From positions 1 to 24,102 of IMG/VR virus record IMGVR_UViG_3300033489_000055: 24,102 bases of DNA. One strand, 5' to 3'. The translations under genes and the position numbers were made by a program. Below are positions 15,499-23,481 of this stretch, piece by piece. Position 1 is the stretch's first letter; each line of letters starts with the position of its first letter. The notes below the pieces were generated by a model. It saw only the letters and a program-made list of their open reading frames with translations, searched no databases and had not been told where the DNA came from. The stretch is from a virus (Duplodnaviria; Caudoviricetes).

Positions 15499-16091
15499 AT
15501 CGCCCTCCCCGCTAACCGGCCGAACAGCATGGCCTTGTACCAGTCCTCGTCCACCCGGCGCAGCTCGTATTCGCCGGGAAATTTGCGCAGGAATCGCGCC
15601 ACGCTCGCTTCGCTAACCCGCACTCCTGCTGCTCGCTGCGCGTGCCCGAATAACCCGCGTCTTACCCAACCCGCCGCCCGCCCATCGCTGACGCCGAACA
15701 CTCGCTGCAAGTCGGCGAGTGTGTATCCCTCGCGTAGCCGTAGGGACAGCTCCAGCTTGCGCGCCCGTCCTTTGACGGAGGCAATGGACCTCCCCATCGC
15801 TCTCGCAATGTTCGATGCACTCTTGGCGCTGGCGCGCTCTTCCAGGTACGCGATCTCCGCGGCCGCCCATATGCGCCGGTGATCCGACGTCGTGATCCCC
15901 AGCCGGATCGCCTCATCTATCACGGCCCAACGCTTCCAGCCCGTGATGCTGCACAGCTTGTCGATGCCCGCCGTGAGCGCCCGCTTGTTCCGCCCGCGGT
16001 AGACCTCGCGCAGCAGTTCGCGCAGCTCCGGCGTCCAGCGGTACTTCCGCCTGGCCTCGGCAAGCTGCGCGATTCTGGATTCCGTAGTCAC
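15495..16091 (-). CDS. Multi-HTH DNA-binding protein
   Basis: Likely GTG start at 16091 (GTGA overlap). Two Myb-like units (WTPELRELL, WAAAEIAYL...IARAMGRSIASVKGRARKL) plus YTLADLQRVFGVS HTH. Confidence 0.75.
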   Translation of the reverse strand: MTTESRIAQLAEARRKYRWTPELRELLREVYRGRNKRALTAGIDKLCSITGWKRWAVIDEAIRLGITTSDHRRIWAAAEIAYLEERASAKSASNIARAMGRSIASVKGRARKLELSLRLREGYTLADLQRVFGVSDGRAAGWVRRGLFGHAQRAAGVRVSEASVARFLRKFPGEYELRRVDEDWYKAMLFGRLAGRAM

Positions 16092-16228
16092 GCTGCCAAC
16101 ATTCCCCTCACGATCCACGCCAGCAGCAGGCAGATCAGAACGCCCTGCGCGATCGCCACGCGCTTCAGCCCGCGGAACCGCGCGCGGAGCCTCATCAACG
16201 CCGCCAACGTGCAAGGCGTCGTGTTCAT
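16088..16228 (-). CDS. Small membrane protein, 46 aa
   Basis: Not in ORF track. MNTTPCTLAALMRLRARFRGLKRVAIAQGVLICLLLAWIVRGMLAA; coupled by ATGA and GTGA overlaps at both ends. Confidence 0.65.
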   Translation of the reverse strand: MNTTPCTLAALMRLRARFRGLKRVAIAQGVLICLLLAWIVRGMLAA

Positions 16229-16692
16229 CGTCCTCGGGGGTTCAGCGCCGGTCGCCATTTCAGGTCCTGATCGCCCTTGTAGATCTGGTTCTCCGCCCTC
16301 ATCTGGCAGAGAGCGGTGCTCACGCTGACGTTAGTCGCCTGGACTCCTACTCCATGTAGGAACTCCTGGACCTCCATGTTCGACTTCGGCCCGTCCGCCA
16401 GCGCCAGGCGGATGGCCTCGCGGACCCCGGGCGGCTTCCCTGTGATCTGCTCCGCCTGCTGCGCCTTCGCCGCCCGTGGCGCGGGCTTCAGCCTGCGAAC
16501 GTACTTCCGGTGCCCGTTCGTCGCGGGTGCCTCCGGCGCCTCGACCAGCGCAGTGGGACAGGCCTCCCGGCCTGTCGCCGCCGTCACCGCCGCCGGCCTG
16601 GCAGCCCCGCCCTGCATCGCCTCAGTCAGCCCGCGCACGATCGCGCCGGCGTCGTTTCCGTCCATCTCGATTTGCAGCAAGTTAATCCTCAC
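16225..16692 (-). CDS. Hypothetical protein with C-terminal winged-helix
   Basis: VREAIRLALADGPKSNMEV...VSTALCQM...IYK...WR; low-complexity linker carries two REP-like elements. Confidence 0.72.
   Translation of the reverse strand: MRINLLQIEMDGNDAGAIVRGLTEAMQGGAARPAAVTAATGREACPTALVEAPEAPATNGHRKYVRRLKPAPRAAKAQQAEQITGKPPGVREAIRLALADGPKSNMEVQEFLHGVGVQATNVSVSTALCQMRAENQIYKGDQDLKWRPALNPRGR
16476..16497 (+). repeat. GTRG-type REP-like palindrome
   Basis: GTGGCGCGGGCTTCAGCCTGCG, identical to 21164-21185; read as RRLKPAP. Confidence 0.9.
16553..16576 (+). repeat. GTRG-type REP-like palindrome, second subfamily
   Basis: GTGG GACAGGCC TCCC GGCCTGTC, perfect 8-bp stem; encodes TGREACPT. Confidence 0.85.
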
Positions 16693-16702
16693 CGCTTTGC
16701 CC

Positions 16703-17383
16703 TCATGCCGCCCAGAGCGCGTTGAACGAGTCCTCCGCGCGCCGCCGGTAAAAGTAGTCGGCGAGATGGTCGCCCGTCCCGTCGAAGTATTCGTCCACCG
16801 GGAACAGCGCGTACGGCCGCAACTCCCGGAACACCCGGCCGAGCTGCTGCTCGATCCGGTACACCGCGTGGAAGAAGTTCCCGCGGTTCATCCGCAGCGC
16901 CGCCGTGCACGCGCGCCAGTCCTGCCCCTCCACGAAATGCAGCCGGAACACGGGCCAGTGCGCCGCGTCCAGATGCCGCTTCGAGGCCAGCCACACATCC
17001 GCCAGAAACTCCTCCGATTTGCGCCCCGGCACGGCGAACCGGAAATTGATGCCGCCGACCGGCCGGAACTCGCGGCGATAGCGGTATGCCCGCATCACCG
17101 CGCGGAAGATCCTCCGGAAGACGCAGTTGCACGGCACGCTCCGCGGCGGCCCGTTATGCCAGACAGCGCGCAGGCCGCTGCCATGGCACGCGGCGCACTC
17201 CCTCAGCGCCAGAGCGCAGACGGCGCTCCGGTCCCAGACCATGCCGTTGGTCACTCTCGGAGGCATGTCGTAGGCTCCCAGCGGCCTGCGTTCGCGCCGC
17301 GCATACTCGCCGGCCCGCATCGCCGCGCACCGCTCCTCGAACGAGGTCCGCCGCGCCGGAGCCGTACTTGCCGCTGCGCTCAC
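16703..17383 (-). CDS. Zn-finger plus C-terminal HTH putative transcription regulator
   Basis: CAACHGSG...PCNC and FRLHFVEGQDWRACTAALRMNRGNFFHAVYRIEQQL (sigma-region-4-like). Confidence 0.78.
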   Translation of the reverse strand: MSAAASTAPARRTSFEERCAAMRAGEYARRERRPLGAYDMPPRVTNGMVWDRSAVCALALRECAACHGSGLRAVWHNGPPRSVPCNCVFRRIFRAVMRAYRYRREFRPVGGINFRFAVPGRKSEEFLADVWLASKRHLDAAHWPVFRLHFVEGQDWRACTAALRMNRGNFFHAVYRIEQQLGRVFRELRPYALFPVDEYFDGTGDHLADYFYRRRAEDSFNALWAA

Positions 17384-17844
17384 CGGCCATCCAGCGAGAG
17401 CTGCCCGAACAACTCCGGCATGCCCTCCGGGTCCAGTACGCGCAGCCGCCGCGCCATCGCGACAAACTGCGCCCGGTATGCGCCCGTGCCCGCCTCGACG
17501 TCGGCCGGGTCGCGCATGATGAAGTAGCCTACCGGCTCCTCGCGCCTGGCGCCGATCCGCATCTTGTGGCCGTCGATCAAATCCGCGACGATGCCCTTGA
17601 TCCCGCGTTCCTCCAGGTTTGTAATCTCGCGCAACCGCGCGATCGAGACCGGGTGCTCGCGCCCCTGGTGCTTCCAGATCAGGCCCGCCACCAGCGCCTC
17701 CAGCGCGGTCGGAACCAGCTTGCTCCGACCGAACGGACCATCGGCCCTGTTCACGGCGGTGAAGACACGCCGCTCTTCGTCGATGACCAGGTCAAACAGC
17801 GGGCCCGGCGAGGCCGAGAAGTCGGCTGCGTCCGTGTGCTTCAT
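17380..17844 (-). CDS. HTH-domain protein, 154 aa
   Basis: HQGREHPVSIARL...LEERGIKGIVADL...IGA...GYF winged-helix pattern. Confidence 0.75.
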   Translation of the reverse strand: MKHTDAADFSASPGPLFDLVIDEERRVFTAVNRADGPFGRSKLVPTALEALVAGLIWKHQGREHPVSIARLREITNLEERGIKGIVADLIDGHKMRIGARREEPVGYFIMRDPADVEAGTGAYRAQFVAMARRLRVLDPEGMPELFGQLSLDGR

Positions 17845-18023
17845 GCCGCCGCCCTTTCTAGCTCATCGAGGCACTGAAGCAGTTCCTCGAAGTGACTACG
17901 CAGGTACGCGCACCAGGCCGCGTCCGCGTCCAGCTTGGCGGCCGCGGCACACGCCTCGGCTTTGACCCAGTAGTCGATCCGCGCCTGTACGTGCTTCCGC
18001 CAGGCGTCGATCTTTTTCTTCAC
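17841..18023 (-). CDS. Hypothetical protein, 60 aa
   Basis: GTG at 18023 overlaps the gam stop, preceded by GGAGG; MKKKIDAWRKHV... Confidence 0.65.
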   Translation of the reverse strand: MKKKIDAWRKHVQARIDYWVKAEACAAAAKLDADAAWCAYLRSHFEELLQCLDELERAAA

Positions 18024-18541
18024 GGCTGCACCTCCGCCGCGCGGTCCGGCTCCGCGTAGAACTTCGCGTCTTGGGTAAGTTTCAGACCACACTCCGCCAG
18101 CCGCTCCTCCGGCATCTCGGTCTTGACCTTGTCGCGATCGACCTCCGGATCCGCGAAGCTCAGGAACCCAGTGCCCCACTTGGCCCGAATCGCCTCGCGC
18201 ACCGCTTCCCAGGTCCACGACTTGTTCGCCAGCTTTAGCGCCTTGTTGCCGAGCCGCCGCCCCATGACGCCGTACAACAGCTTCACGCTCTTGCGGCCGT
18301 CCTTCTCTAGATCCGCCAGGTGTGTCATGTAGTACTGCTGGAGTTGCACCTCCAGGTCCTTCGCCCGCTCCGTCTCCATCTCCAATCGCTTGTCGTACGG
18401 CCGCATCGCGGCGGCCGCCGCCTCCTCACGCGCCGCCGTCACTTGCTCGATTTCGAGCGTCGCCAGCAGCAGCCGCCGCATCGCCTGCTGGCACTCCTCG
18501 ATCGAGCCCAGAGTCACCGTCGTCTTCTTCGGCCTCGCCAT
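18020..18541 (-). CDS. gam: Host-nuclease inhibitor Gam-like protein
   Basis: N-terminal coiled coil, KSVKLLYGVMGRR, EVDRDKVK, L.ECGLKL...FY.EP. Confidence 0.88.
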   Translation of the reverse strand: MARPKKTTVTLGSIEECQQAMRRLLLATLEIEQVTAAREEAAAAAMRPYDKRLEMETERAKDLEVQLQQYYMTHLADLEKDGRKSVKLLYGVMGRRLGNKALKLANKSWTWEAVREAIRAKWGTGFLSFADPEVDRDKVKTEMPEERLAECGLKLTQDAKFYAEPDRAAEVQP

Positions 18542-18663
18542 CAGCGCGCCCTCCGCGTCGTAGCGCGGGCTTCAGCCCGCGGCCGCACCTTCGCCCACTC
18601 CGGCCGGACCTCCACCATCCGCCCGTCCTTCGATCGCTTCGTCCGAATCACCAGCCGTTCCAT
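18541..18663 (-). CDS. Small hypothetical protein, 40 aa
   Basis: MERLVIRTKRSKDGRMVEVRPEWAKVRPRAEARATTRRAR; TGATG overlaps at both ends. Confidence 0.6.
   Translation of the reverse strand: MERLVIRTKRSKDGRMVEVRPEWAKVRPRAEARATTRRAR
18560..18581 (+). repeat. GTAG-type REP-like palindrome
   Basis: GTAG CGCGGGCT TC AGCCCGCG; encodes RAEARAT. Confidence 0.9.
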
Positions 18664-18920
18664 CACTTCGCCCTCCTTCCCTTGGCCTGCGCGATCGCGC
18701 GGCCCGCCGGCGTCAGCACGCCCACTCGCTCGTGTGCCAGCCCCTCGTACAGTTCCCGCCGCGTCATCGGGATCACCTTGTACGCCAGCACTGGCTTGTC
18801 GCCGGCAAGCTGGCGAAACTCATCACAGAGGTCGAGAGCCTCGCGCGCAGTCTCCCGGAACTCTCCGCCGTCGTCTCCGATCTCGACCAGGTACGACACC
18901 CCTTTGCGCCTTCGCGGCAT
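18663..18920 (-). CDS. Hypothetical protein, about 85 aa
   Basis: Fills gap after the MuB-like gene; start uncertain because a repeat overlaps it. Confidence 0.6.
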   Translation of the reverse strand: MPRRRKGVSYLVEIGDDGGEFRETAREALDLCDEFRQLAGDKPVLAYKVIPMTRRELYEGLAHERVGVLTPAGRAIAQAKGRRAK

Positions 18921-18926
18921 TGCGTT
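18902..18926. repeat. CTTTGCG-type short repeat element
   Basis: CTTTGCGC CTTCGCGG CATTGCGTT; same unit structure as 9505-9530. Confidence 0.65.
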
Positions 18927-18932
18927 TGCTCT

Positions 18933-19934
18933 TCACGCCGCCTCCGTTCGCAGGCCCCACAGATGCCCGGCCACCCCGCCGATCGTGCGCTCGGTGATCC
19001 GCTTCCCCTGGTGCTTGGCCTTGATCATGTCCAGCGCCGCCAGCAGCCTGCGCATGGACCCGCCCGTCGCTTTCCAGAACAGATCGAACGCCGCCTCGTC
19101 GATGTCGGTGATCCCCTCCTGCTTCACGATCGCCGCCATCTCGGCCTTGCCCAGTCCGCGCAGGTTCGCGTACACGCCGATGCGCGATTCGAGCGCGCCC
19201 AAGTCCCGCATCTGGCTGACCTTCAGCCGCGCCATCAGCACCGGCGCCGCCAATAGCACGACGCCGACTCCCTGGTCCCGCGTCCGGTCCCAAATCTGCC
19301 GGATGATTTGCAGGATGCGCGGCCGCGTCATCTCCACCTGGTCGAAAATGAGCAGCGCCGGCGTCTCGCGCAGCTTGGCCACCACGGCCCGAAACACCTT
19401 GGTGGCGTCGTGCATCCCGCACTTGCTGTCGATGCCGAGCAGCTCCGCCAGCGCCTGGATAAACGAAACCTTGTTCGAGGCCGAGAATTCATCGAACTCG
19501 AACACAATCGCCTCCGTCTTGCGGCCCGTGCCGCGCCGCCAGGCGTTCAAGCCCTCGGTCTTGCCAACGCCGTAGTCGCCGGTCACCACGCCGATCGCCG
19601 CCTGCTCGGCGCAGTATTCCAGGACGTGCGCGATCCGGCGCACCGTCTCGGTGACATAAAACTCGTGCCGCTTGGCCACCCGCCGCGCGGCCTCGAATTG
19701 CTCCTCGGCCACCACTACCGCCCGCCCGCCGCCGGGTTGCAGGACGTCACCCCGGTCGACCAGATCCATCACGCGGCCCATCTCCTCGCGGATCCGCGTG
19801 GTCTCCGCCATGCGCCCGGCCACGTAATTTTTGACCGTGCTCTCGCCCAGCGTGCAGGCCGCCGCCAGGTCCGCCGTCGTCACATCCGGCCGCGACCGCA
19901 AAAACCGCACCACCCGCTCATGCACTTCGCTCAT
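18933..19934 (-). CDS. MuB-like AAA+ transposition ATPase, 333 aa
   Basis: ATG at 19934 (MSEVHERV). N-terminal HTH, Walker A GDYGVGKT, Walker B LLIFDQ, ALESRIG, GGSMRRL; directly after transposase. Confidence 0.92.
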   Translation of the reverse strand: MSEVHERVVRFLRSRPDVTTADLAAACTLGESTVKNYVAGRMAETTRIREEMGRVMDLVDRGDVLQPGGGRAVVVAEEQFEAARRVAKRHEFYVTETVRRIAHVLEYCAEQAAIGVVTGDYGVGKTEGLNAWRRGTGRKTEAIVFEFDEFSASNKVSFIQALAELLGIDSKCGMHDATKVFRAVVAKLRETPALLIFDQVEMTRPRILQIIRQIWDRTRDQGVGVVLLAAPVLMARLKVSQMRDLGALESRIGVYANLRGLGKAEMAAIVKQEGITDIDEAAFDLFWKATGGSMRRLLAALDMIKAKHQGKRITERTIGGVAGHLWGLRTEAA

Positions 19935-22140
19935 TCGGCCCTCCACCGAAAAAATCGAATGCGCCGTCGTCGGGATCGTCATCCCGGTACGACTGGTTGT
20001 CCGCCGCGCGGACCAGGTCAACCCCCGCATCCGCGAATCTGAAACTCTGCTCCTCCCGCTGCGCCGCCACCGCCGCGGCGATGTGCGCCGGCGCCTCCAC
20101 CGTTTCCGAGCCGCGCGCGTCAGCAAGCGGCTTCACTGGCCTCACCGCCATCCGCCTGCTCGCGCGTTCTTCCGGCGACGCCATCGGTATCGATCGATGC
20201 ACCGTATCGATGTACTTCTTGACATCGCGCCGCAGCGCCCGCCGGTCCCGCTCGTCCTGGACGAACGCGTCCTCTCCCATGCGCCGCAGCTCGGCGTTGT
20301 GCGCCAGGCCGATGAACCGGCCATCGCAGTAGATCGCCGCGGTCTCCAGATCGTGCGCGTCGTACGCCAACTCGACCTCGCGGCCGTTCAGCATCGGCAG
20401 CGCGTTGGCGTCCGCCAGGCGGTAGTGATACTGCCTGCCGTGGAACGTCGCGCGGATCTCGCCCTGGCGCACTGTCAATTCCTTGCGTTTGTGGAAGCAG
20501 AACGCCAGCACGTCCGGCGCGGCCGTGCGGATCTCCATGCCCCGCGTCAGCGATTCCCACGCCTCGTTCGGACACATCCATCCGTGCCCGGTCGGCGTGA
20601 CTTTCCGCATGCCTTCGCCCGGATGCTCACGCTCGTTGATCGTCTCGAGCTGCTCCTCGTACAGCCCCGCGATCTCTTCGATGGTGCGGAACGGCGTCGC
20701 CTCAGCCTCGCCGCGCACCCATCGTTCGTGCTTGTCGACCAGCTTCTGCAGCCGTTCCGGCCGCGCGTCCGGTTTGTGCCCGCAATATTCAGGCAAGCTG
20801 TGATCGAAATTGGCGGTGGCGATGAAGCACGGCTCGATGATCTTCGCCCGCGCCCGCTTGACGATGGCGTGGTGGACGCGTACGCCGAGCGTCTCCAGCA
20901 CGCCGCGCGTTCCCGCCTCCAGCTCGCCAACCCGGTAGCTCTCGCCCTGCCGGCGGGCCTTGCCTTCGAGCCACTCGCATCGGAAGTCCTTGCCGTTATC
21001 CCAGTAGCACGCCTCTGGGATGCCGTGGTCCAGGAACACGCGCTTGAGGACGCTGGCGATCGAATCGCTCGATGGCGTCTCCACGATCGCCCACGCCAGC
21101 CACTTCCGCGTCCGCATGTCGATCGCCGCGGTGAGCCAAGGGCGGCAAAGCCGCCATCCAGATGTGGCGCGGGCTTCAGCCTGCGAGTCGGCGCGGAGCG
21201 CCGGCCTATTTCGCACCAAACAGAACAGGTCCAGCCGCCGGTGATCCATCACCACGTATTGCAGCGGCCGCAACTCCGCCAGCGCGCGGAAACTGATGAT
21301 CTCCTGCGTGGCGTGGAACGCCTCGTCGCCCTCGCGCGCCATCACTTTCACGACGTCTGGGATCTTCGAGAACCAGCTCCGGAAGGTCTCGTAGCACGCT
21401 TCCGGCAACTGCGCCTGTTCGGTCAGGCGGCCGTGTCCATCCAGGTACCGCGCATACTTGCGCAGCTCGAACTCGCCGAGCCGGCTGTGCGCGTGCGCCG
21501 CGCGCCAGGTCTGCTCCTCCCTGTATGCCCGGAAGATCTCCCGCACGCTGAGCGTGCCATAGAGCCCGGGCCGCGGCAGCGCTGCCGCCAGGATGAAATC
21601 CAGCGCCGCATTATTAAAGGACCGCGGCCGGCCTTTGTCGGTGCGCGTCCGGCTCACCAGCGCCGGCAGCCCGCCCACTTTCCACGCCCGCAGCCAGTGG
21701 TACAGCGTGCGTGGCGCGACGTCGTGCTGTTGCGCGAGCCATGCGACCACGGCGCCCCTCGAGTGCGCGTGCTGAAGCCAGATACCGGCGTACTTGTCGG
21801 GCGTCACCAGCAGCTCGATGATGCGATACCGCCGCTCGGCTTCCGCCCGGTCTTCAGGACTCATGTTCGGCCCGGCCGGCACCGTCAGCGCCAGCGCGAG
21901 TTGCCCCGGCGCGGCCGTCGCCGCCGGGAAAATCTCGACTACCTTCTCCCGCTGCTTCTCCATCCACGCCCGCTGTGCCTCCGGAGGCAGCGAGCTGAGG
22001 TGGATCAGCGCCGGCGCCCGCCCGTTCCGGGCCTTTTTGTCCGCTTTGTTCAGCGCAAACTGTGTTGCGTGCCGCTCCACCCACCGTTCTGACACGCCGA
22101 GCACGTCCGCCGCCTGCCGCTTCGTGAGTAGGGCTTGCAT
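19918..22140 (-). CDS. MuA-like DDE transposase
   Basis: N-terminal HTH (LLTKRQAADVLGVSERWV), RTLYHWL HTH, DDE triad in VMDH / WDNGKDF / AKIIEPCF, C-terminal Mu-transposase beta domain. Confidence 0.95.
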   Translation of the reverse strand: MQALLTKRQAADVLGVSERWVERHATQFALNKADKKARNGRAPALIHLSSLPPEAQRAWMEKQREKVVEIFPAATAAPGQLALALTVPAGPNMSPEDRAEAERRYRIIELLVTPDKYAGIWLQHAHSRGAVVAWLAQQHDVAPRTLYHWLRAWKVGGLPALVSRTRTDKGRPRSFNNAALDFILAAALPRPGLYGTLSVREIFRAYREEQTWRAAHAHSRLGEFELRKYARYLDGHGRLTEQAQLPEACYETFRSWFSKIPDVVKVMAREGDEAFHATQEIISFRALAELRPLQYVVMDHRRLDLFCLVRNRPALRADSQAEARATSGWRLCRPWLTAAIDMRTRKWLAWAIVETPSSDSIASVLKRVFLDHGIPEACYWDNGKDFRCEWLEGKARRQGESYRVGELEAGTRGVLETLGVRVHHAIVKRARAKIIEPCFIATANFDHSLPEYCGHKPDARPERLQKLVDKHERWVRGEAEATPFRTIEEIAGLYEEQLETINEREHPGEGMRKVTPTGHGWMCPNEAWESLTRGMEIRTAAPDVLAFCFHKRKELTVRQGEIRATFHGRQYHYRLADANALPMLNGREVELAYDAHDLETAAIYCDGRFIGLAHNAELRRMGEDAFVQDERDRRALRRDVKKYIDTVHRSIPMASPEERASRRMAVRPVKPLADARGSETVEAPAHIAAAVAAQREEQSFRFADAGVDLVRAADNQSYRDDDPDDGAFDFFGGGPNERSA
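20106..20130. repeat. REP-like element (CCGAGCCGCG family) in transposase C-terminal tail
   Basis: CCGAGCCGCGCGCGTCAGCAAGCGG; encodes PLADARGS. Confidence 0.85.
21164..21185 (+). repeat. GTRG-type REP-like palindrome inside transposase catalytic core
   Basis: GTGGCGCGGGCTTCAGCCTGCG; encodes SQAEARAT between DHRRLDLF and RPWLTAAID. Confidence 0.9.
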
Positions 22141-22574
22141 CAGATCTTCCCCCGGAGTTTGGAGCGCAGCGCCGCAGCCTGGGCGCCGAGTTTCTCCCGC
22201 TTCAGTTCGGCCCGCGCCAGTTCGGCCAGGTCGCAGTCGGTGTCATCAGCGACCCGGAACCCGCACTCGGAGCACAGGATCTCGAGCATCCTCCTGGATC
22301 CCGTAACGCGCAGCCAGGCGGGCAACCATTCGGCCGGGAACCAGAGGATGCCCTTGGATTCCGCGGTGATCGCGTCGAGTTGAGCTACTGTGATTTCGCG
22401 ACCCAGTTCCTTCGAGAGCGCGTCAGCTACACCCAGTCTGGACCAGCGGCATTCCTTCAGGTCCTGCGCCGCCGCCCGCTTCAGAACCGCCGAGAGCAGC
22501 CCGACCCCTGCCGGGGCTGTTTTCGGCCCCTCACCTGAGGCCAGGATGTCCAGCCAAAGTTGTTCGTTAGGCAT
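22140..22574 (-). CDS. Conserved early protein of Mu-like phages (putative regulator)
   Basis: SRLGVADALS...EITVAQLDAITAESK...FPAEWLPAW..VTG pattern; coupled to transposase start. Confidence 0.78.
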   Translation of the reverse strand: MPNEQLWLDILASGEGPKTAPAGVGLLSAVLKRAAAQDLKECRWSRLGVADALSKELGREITVAQLDAITAESKGILWFPAEWLPAWLRVTGSRRMLEILCSECGFRVADDTDCDLAELARAELKREKLGAQAAALRSKLRGKI

Positions 22575-22836
22575 TGATCGGCCTGCGCTTCTGGGTTAGG
22601 TTGAACTTGTGATCCCCGTTCCTGCGCACCATGGGCGCGCCCCTCCGGCGCAACTCGTACTCGACATCCTTTGAACGCTTCCCCTCGCCCCAGAACACCG
22701 CCCTCACGTACTGCGGGCTGACGCCCAGTTGTCTGCCGATGGCGCTGAAGATGCCCCAGTGGTGCACTAGCCAACGCCGCTTGTGCTTCCGCTGTGTTGT
22801 GGTAGGCTCAGGCGGTAGGTTGTAATTCTGCCCCAC
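22567..22836 (-). CDS. Ner/Cro-like HTH protein
   Basis: FSAIGRQLGVSPQYVRAVFWG..RSKDV HTH; first gene divergent from the repressor. Confidence 0.75.
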   Translation of the reverse strand: MGQNYNLPPEPTTTQRKHKRRWLVHHWGIFSAIGRQLGVSPQYVRAVFWGEGKRSKDVEYELRRRGAPMVRRNGDHKFNLTQKRRPINA

Positions 22837-22842
22837 AGGCAG

Positions 22843-22872
22843 AGTGTACTGCTATCAGCTATCGATAGTCAA
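22843..22872 (-). promoter_or_regulatory. Early promoter with overlapping operator candidate
   Basis: TTGACT (22872-22867), 18 nt, TACACT (22848-22843); palindrome CTATCGATAG at 22859-22868. Confidence 0.72.
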
Positions 22873-22879
22873 GGAAAAA

Positions 22880-23389
22880 ATGGAGTCCCCTGTCCGCAAG
22901 CTGCGCAAGGCCCTGGACATCAGCCAGGAGGCTCTCGCCCGCCGGATCGGAAAGCACTCTGCTTCCGTGCGGAATTATGAACGGAATTTGCAGGTTGTGC
23001 CAGCCGAGGTCCGCGCCAAGCTGACGGAGTTGGCCATGGAGGCTAACCGGCCAGATCTGGCGGAGGAATTTGCGCAGCGTCCACCCGAGAAATCTTCTGA
23101 GAGGAATGACCACTGGCACGCACTACTTGAATTCGTGTTAAACAGCGGTGTGGATGTCGCCATTGAGGCTGTCACGCGGAACCTAATCGCCTTCCACTTG
23201 ACCGTCACGGTGTTGCATGGGGAAGAGCGCCATGGGCTTGAAAGTGATGCACCCGATACGCCGCCTGATATCGCAAGCCGAATTGCGGAGCTTCGTAGCC
23301 TTGCAGAACAGTCTCAGGCTCATCCAGAGCTTTTACGACCAGAGAAGCGCCGATCTCCTCGCCGCCCTGCTGACCGGAGGGCGAGTTGA
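22880..23389 (+). CDS. XRE-family HTH immunity repressor
   Basis: ATG at 22880 after AAGGA; VRKLRKALDISQEALARRIGKHSASVRNYER; no S24 peptidase motifs seen. Confidence 0.87.
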   Translation: MESPVRKLRKALDISQEALARRIGKHSASVRNYERNLQVVPAEVRAKLTELAMEANRPDLAEEFAQRPPEKSSERNDHWHALLEFVLNSGVDVAIEAVTRNLIAFHLTVTVLHGEERHGLESDAPDTPPDIASRIAELRSLAEQSQAHPELLRPEKRRSPRRPADRRAS

Positions 23390-23465
23390 GCTGGGGACTC
23401 ACATCGCCGAGGTCGTGAGCCGCACCCACGGCCCGAAGTTGGAGCGCCGTCTCCTGGTGCGGTGA
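23232..23465 (+). CDS. Hypothetical protein overlapping the repressor 3' end
   Basis: ATG at 23232 (or 23217/23247); globular-looking sequence; its stop is followed by the RBS of the next gene. Confidence 0.55.
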   Translation: MGLKVMHPIRRLISQAELRSFVALQNSLRLIQSFYDQRSADLLAALLTGGRVELGTHIAEVVSRTHGPKLERRLLVR

Positions 23466-23481
23466 AAGGTGGTCTTTATAT

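Noticed and set aside
16161-16174. CGCTTCAGCCCGCG as another REP copy
   Set aside because: Only the right arm matches; no GTRG tetramer or left arm. Could be a decayed copy but is not supportable.
76-22383. Many long plus-strand ORFs (e.g. 1223-2392, 10919-12271, 19831-22092)
   Set aside because: Antisense shadows of high-GC minus-strand genes; Arg/Pro/Ala-rich with no recognisable motifs.
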